DNA of 64,000 nucleotides from Felis catus (lineage: Eukaryota), in assembly GCF_018350175.1 (NCBI RefSeq), contig NC_058368.1, forward strand, positions 88,538,001 to 88,602,000, written 5' to 3'. Under the pieces are notes generated by a model. The model had not been told where the DNA came from, ran no database searches, and was given only the letters and a program-made list of their open reading frames with translations. Positions 62,042 through 64,000 of this stretch are shown here, one piece after another. Numbering within the stretch: the first letter of the stretch is position 1; each line of letters opens with the position of its first letter. A program made the position numbers and the translations under genes.

Positions 62042-63977
62042 ATGGGTCAAAATCAGAGTACCCCCACCCCTCTGAGTCTCATACTAACCCATTTCCAGGA
62101 TTATAGGAGAGCTGCCTCAGTTTTCGGCCTCCACATTAAGCCGGTCCTTCGAACTCTCTGCAAGGTGGAATGGACCAGCTTTCCGGTCGAATGGCCTCCA
62201 CAGGGGACCTTTGACCTTACTTTGGTATATAAGGTTCATGATATTGTCTTTTCTAGGCACAAAGATCAAATCTCATACATTGGGGCATGGAGAACCCTCA
62301 TCGAAAACCCTCCAGATTGGTTAAAACTTCTCCTTCCCCTTCCCCCTTGCCCCCCTAAAATACAGGCTTTTACTACTCAAAGGCAGCCCATCTGGAGCTC
62401 AAAATAAGAATCTTGATGGAACTAAGTGGCTGCTCCCTCTATCACCTGCACCAGAGGAAGAAGAAGAAACTTACCGCCCGCCACCCTATATTTCTCGCTC
62501 AAAGAATACAAGTCAAGATGCTTCAGATCAGGAGGCAAGCCCGAGTCAGGACACTACCCTGAGCCCATCTCATACCTGGTCAGGGACTCCCTTCCATCCC
62601 CCTCCCACTGCCCTGCCCCTTTGTCCAGGGCCACCCCTGCAGGGTGAAGTCCGACCCTTTATGACTTATGTACCCTTCTCCACTAGCGACCTTTATAATT
62701 GGAAGCTTCAAAACCCCTCACTCTCAGAGAAACTCCAAACCTTAATTTATCTTCTTGAAACTATATTTGTGACCCACCAGCCAACCTGGGATGACTGCCA
62801 GCAGCTCTTGCAGGTTCTCTTCACCACTGAGGAGTGAGATAAGATCTATCGCGAGGCCCTGAAATTAGTCATGGGGCCAAACGGGCAACCCACGGAGGAT
62901 CCCGCTGTACTCAAGGAAGTTTTTCTTTCCTTGCATCCTGAAAATTGGGACCCAAACACTCCTCACGGTAGGCAATCATTGACCCTATTTTGCCAGACTC
63001 TACTGGGAGGTCTCCGAGCGACCGTCTGCTGGCCCACAAACATATCTAAGATAACAAAAGTAATTCAGGGGCCCCTCAACCTTCTTAGAAAGGCTCATGG
63101 AGGCATACTGCACCTTTACCCCTATTGACCCTGAGGCATCTAAAAATAGAAGGGCATTAAATCTGGCCTTTGTCTCACAGGCAGCCCCACACATTTGGAA
63201 AAAGTTACAAAAATTAGATGGGTTTGAAGGAAAAAAAATTATCTGAGTTAGTTGAAATAGCCCAAAAAGTTTTCAACAATAGGGGTTCTCAGGAAGAAAG
63301 ACAGAAAAAACAAATTTTGACTAGGGTGGTAGCAGCCGTCCTGGATGCCCGTGAGGGAAGAGGACCCAGTGCGAGGCTAAGAGAAAAATTACCAGGTGTA
63401 CTCACAACTGCAAAGAAAAGATCTTTCCCCTCCCCCCGCCTTTCCGAATCCAGCCAGGGCACGCCCAGTTGTAGTCTGACATAAAGGCGGGAACCAATCA
63501 AGTTCTGCTGAATGGTTTGAAATAAAGGCAGGAACCAATCGAGTTCTGCTGAGTGTTCAAATTTAAATGTCAACCAATAACAGCTCTGTAACCTCAAAAA
63601 ATCCCTAACTTGTTTGTGCCTGTCTATAAAAGAAGCTGTAAGATCCTTGCTCGGGGCCTCTTAGCGTCACCGGCAACGAGTGCGCGGAGGACCGGGTTCG
63701 AACCTGCAATAAACGACGCTTGCCGCTTGGCTTGGACTCTGGACTCTGGTGGTTTGTTGTCGGGGGGTCTCTCAAATCAGGGCATATCACCAGAACGCCC
63801 AAAGAATTCTGGTCTGGCCAAAAGAAAAAAGATAAACAAAGGGTTAAAGTGTCACTAGGAAAAAACCAGTGTGCATACTGCAAACAAGAGGGACACTGGA
63901 AAAAGGATTGCCCCAACTTAGCCCAACGCAAAATTTGGCCACCTCAGGTATCTGTGATGGGAGTCGATTTCGACTGA
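62042..63977 (+). pseudogene. gag: Gammaretroviral gag pseudogene (MA, p12-like, CA, NC)
   Basis: MGQNQSTPTPLSL..EW..WPPQGTFDL matrix; RPPPY late domain ~62475; [26 protein letters not shown] capsid; CAYCKQEGHWKKDC zinc knuckle; TGA at 63975-63977; stops, frameshifts and an LTR insertion. Confidence 0.95.
63352..63789 (+). mobile_element. Unrelated solo LTR inserted in gag (438 bp)
   Basis: tgaggg...atatca termini, 41-bp CCAAT-bearing direct repeat 63481-63562, ctataaaag ~63624, aataaa ~63708, TSD cccg/ccag; no similarity to 61217-61688. Confidence 0.9.
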
Positions 63978-64000
63978 TGGGGCCACAGCTTCGAGGCCCC

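Noticed and set aside
63975..64000. TGA rather than TAG at the gag-pro boundary as an unusual recoding signal
   Set aside because: TGA is seen in other class I ERVs, and the window ends before any pseudoknot or pro frame can be assessed.
1..64000. CRISPR array, prokaryotic operon or defence system
   Set aside because: Sequence is mammalian; no repeat-spacer array or operon-like ORF density.

Overview
Mammalian, almost certainly felid (cat-like), genomic DNA: it carries SINEC_Fc/Can-SINEs and feliform-type L1 3' ends. No intact protein-coding gene is supported. The window looks like a decayed, repeat-rich part of an immunoglobulin lambda V (IGLV) cluster or an IGLV orphon block. It holds a degenerate POM121-like retro-pseudogene (minus, ~855-2565) and four IGLV relics (32.2-36.2 kb), including a head-to-head inversion junction. 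Repeats include nested L1s, about a dozen Can-SINEs, an ancient ~2 kb tandem triplication, a TAACCC-bearing satellite with 4-monomer higher-order structure duplicated together with an MLT2 LTR, an ERVL pol relic, a tailless tRNA-Val 5'-half retrocopy with TSD, and solo LTRs. The window ends in the 5' half of a gammaretrovirus-like provirus (tRNA-Gly PBS, glyco-Gag-like leader, gag split by a foreign solo LTR). All family assignments are from recalled consensus sequences, compared by eye; no database search was run. I do not see evidence for a new functional system; the notable items are mechanistic fossils.
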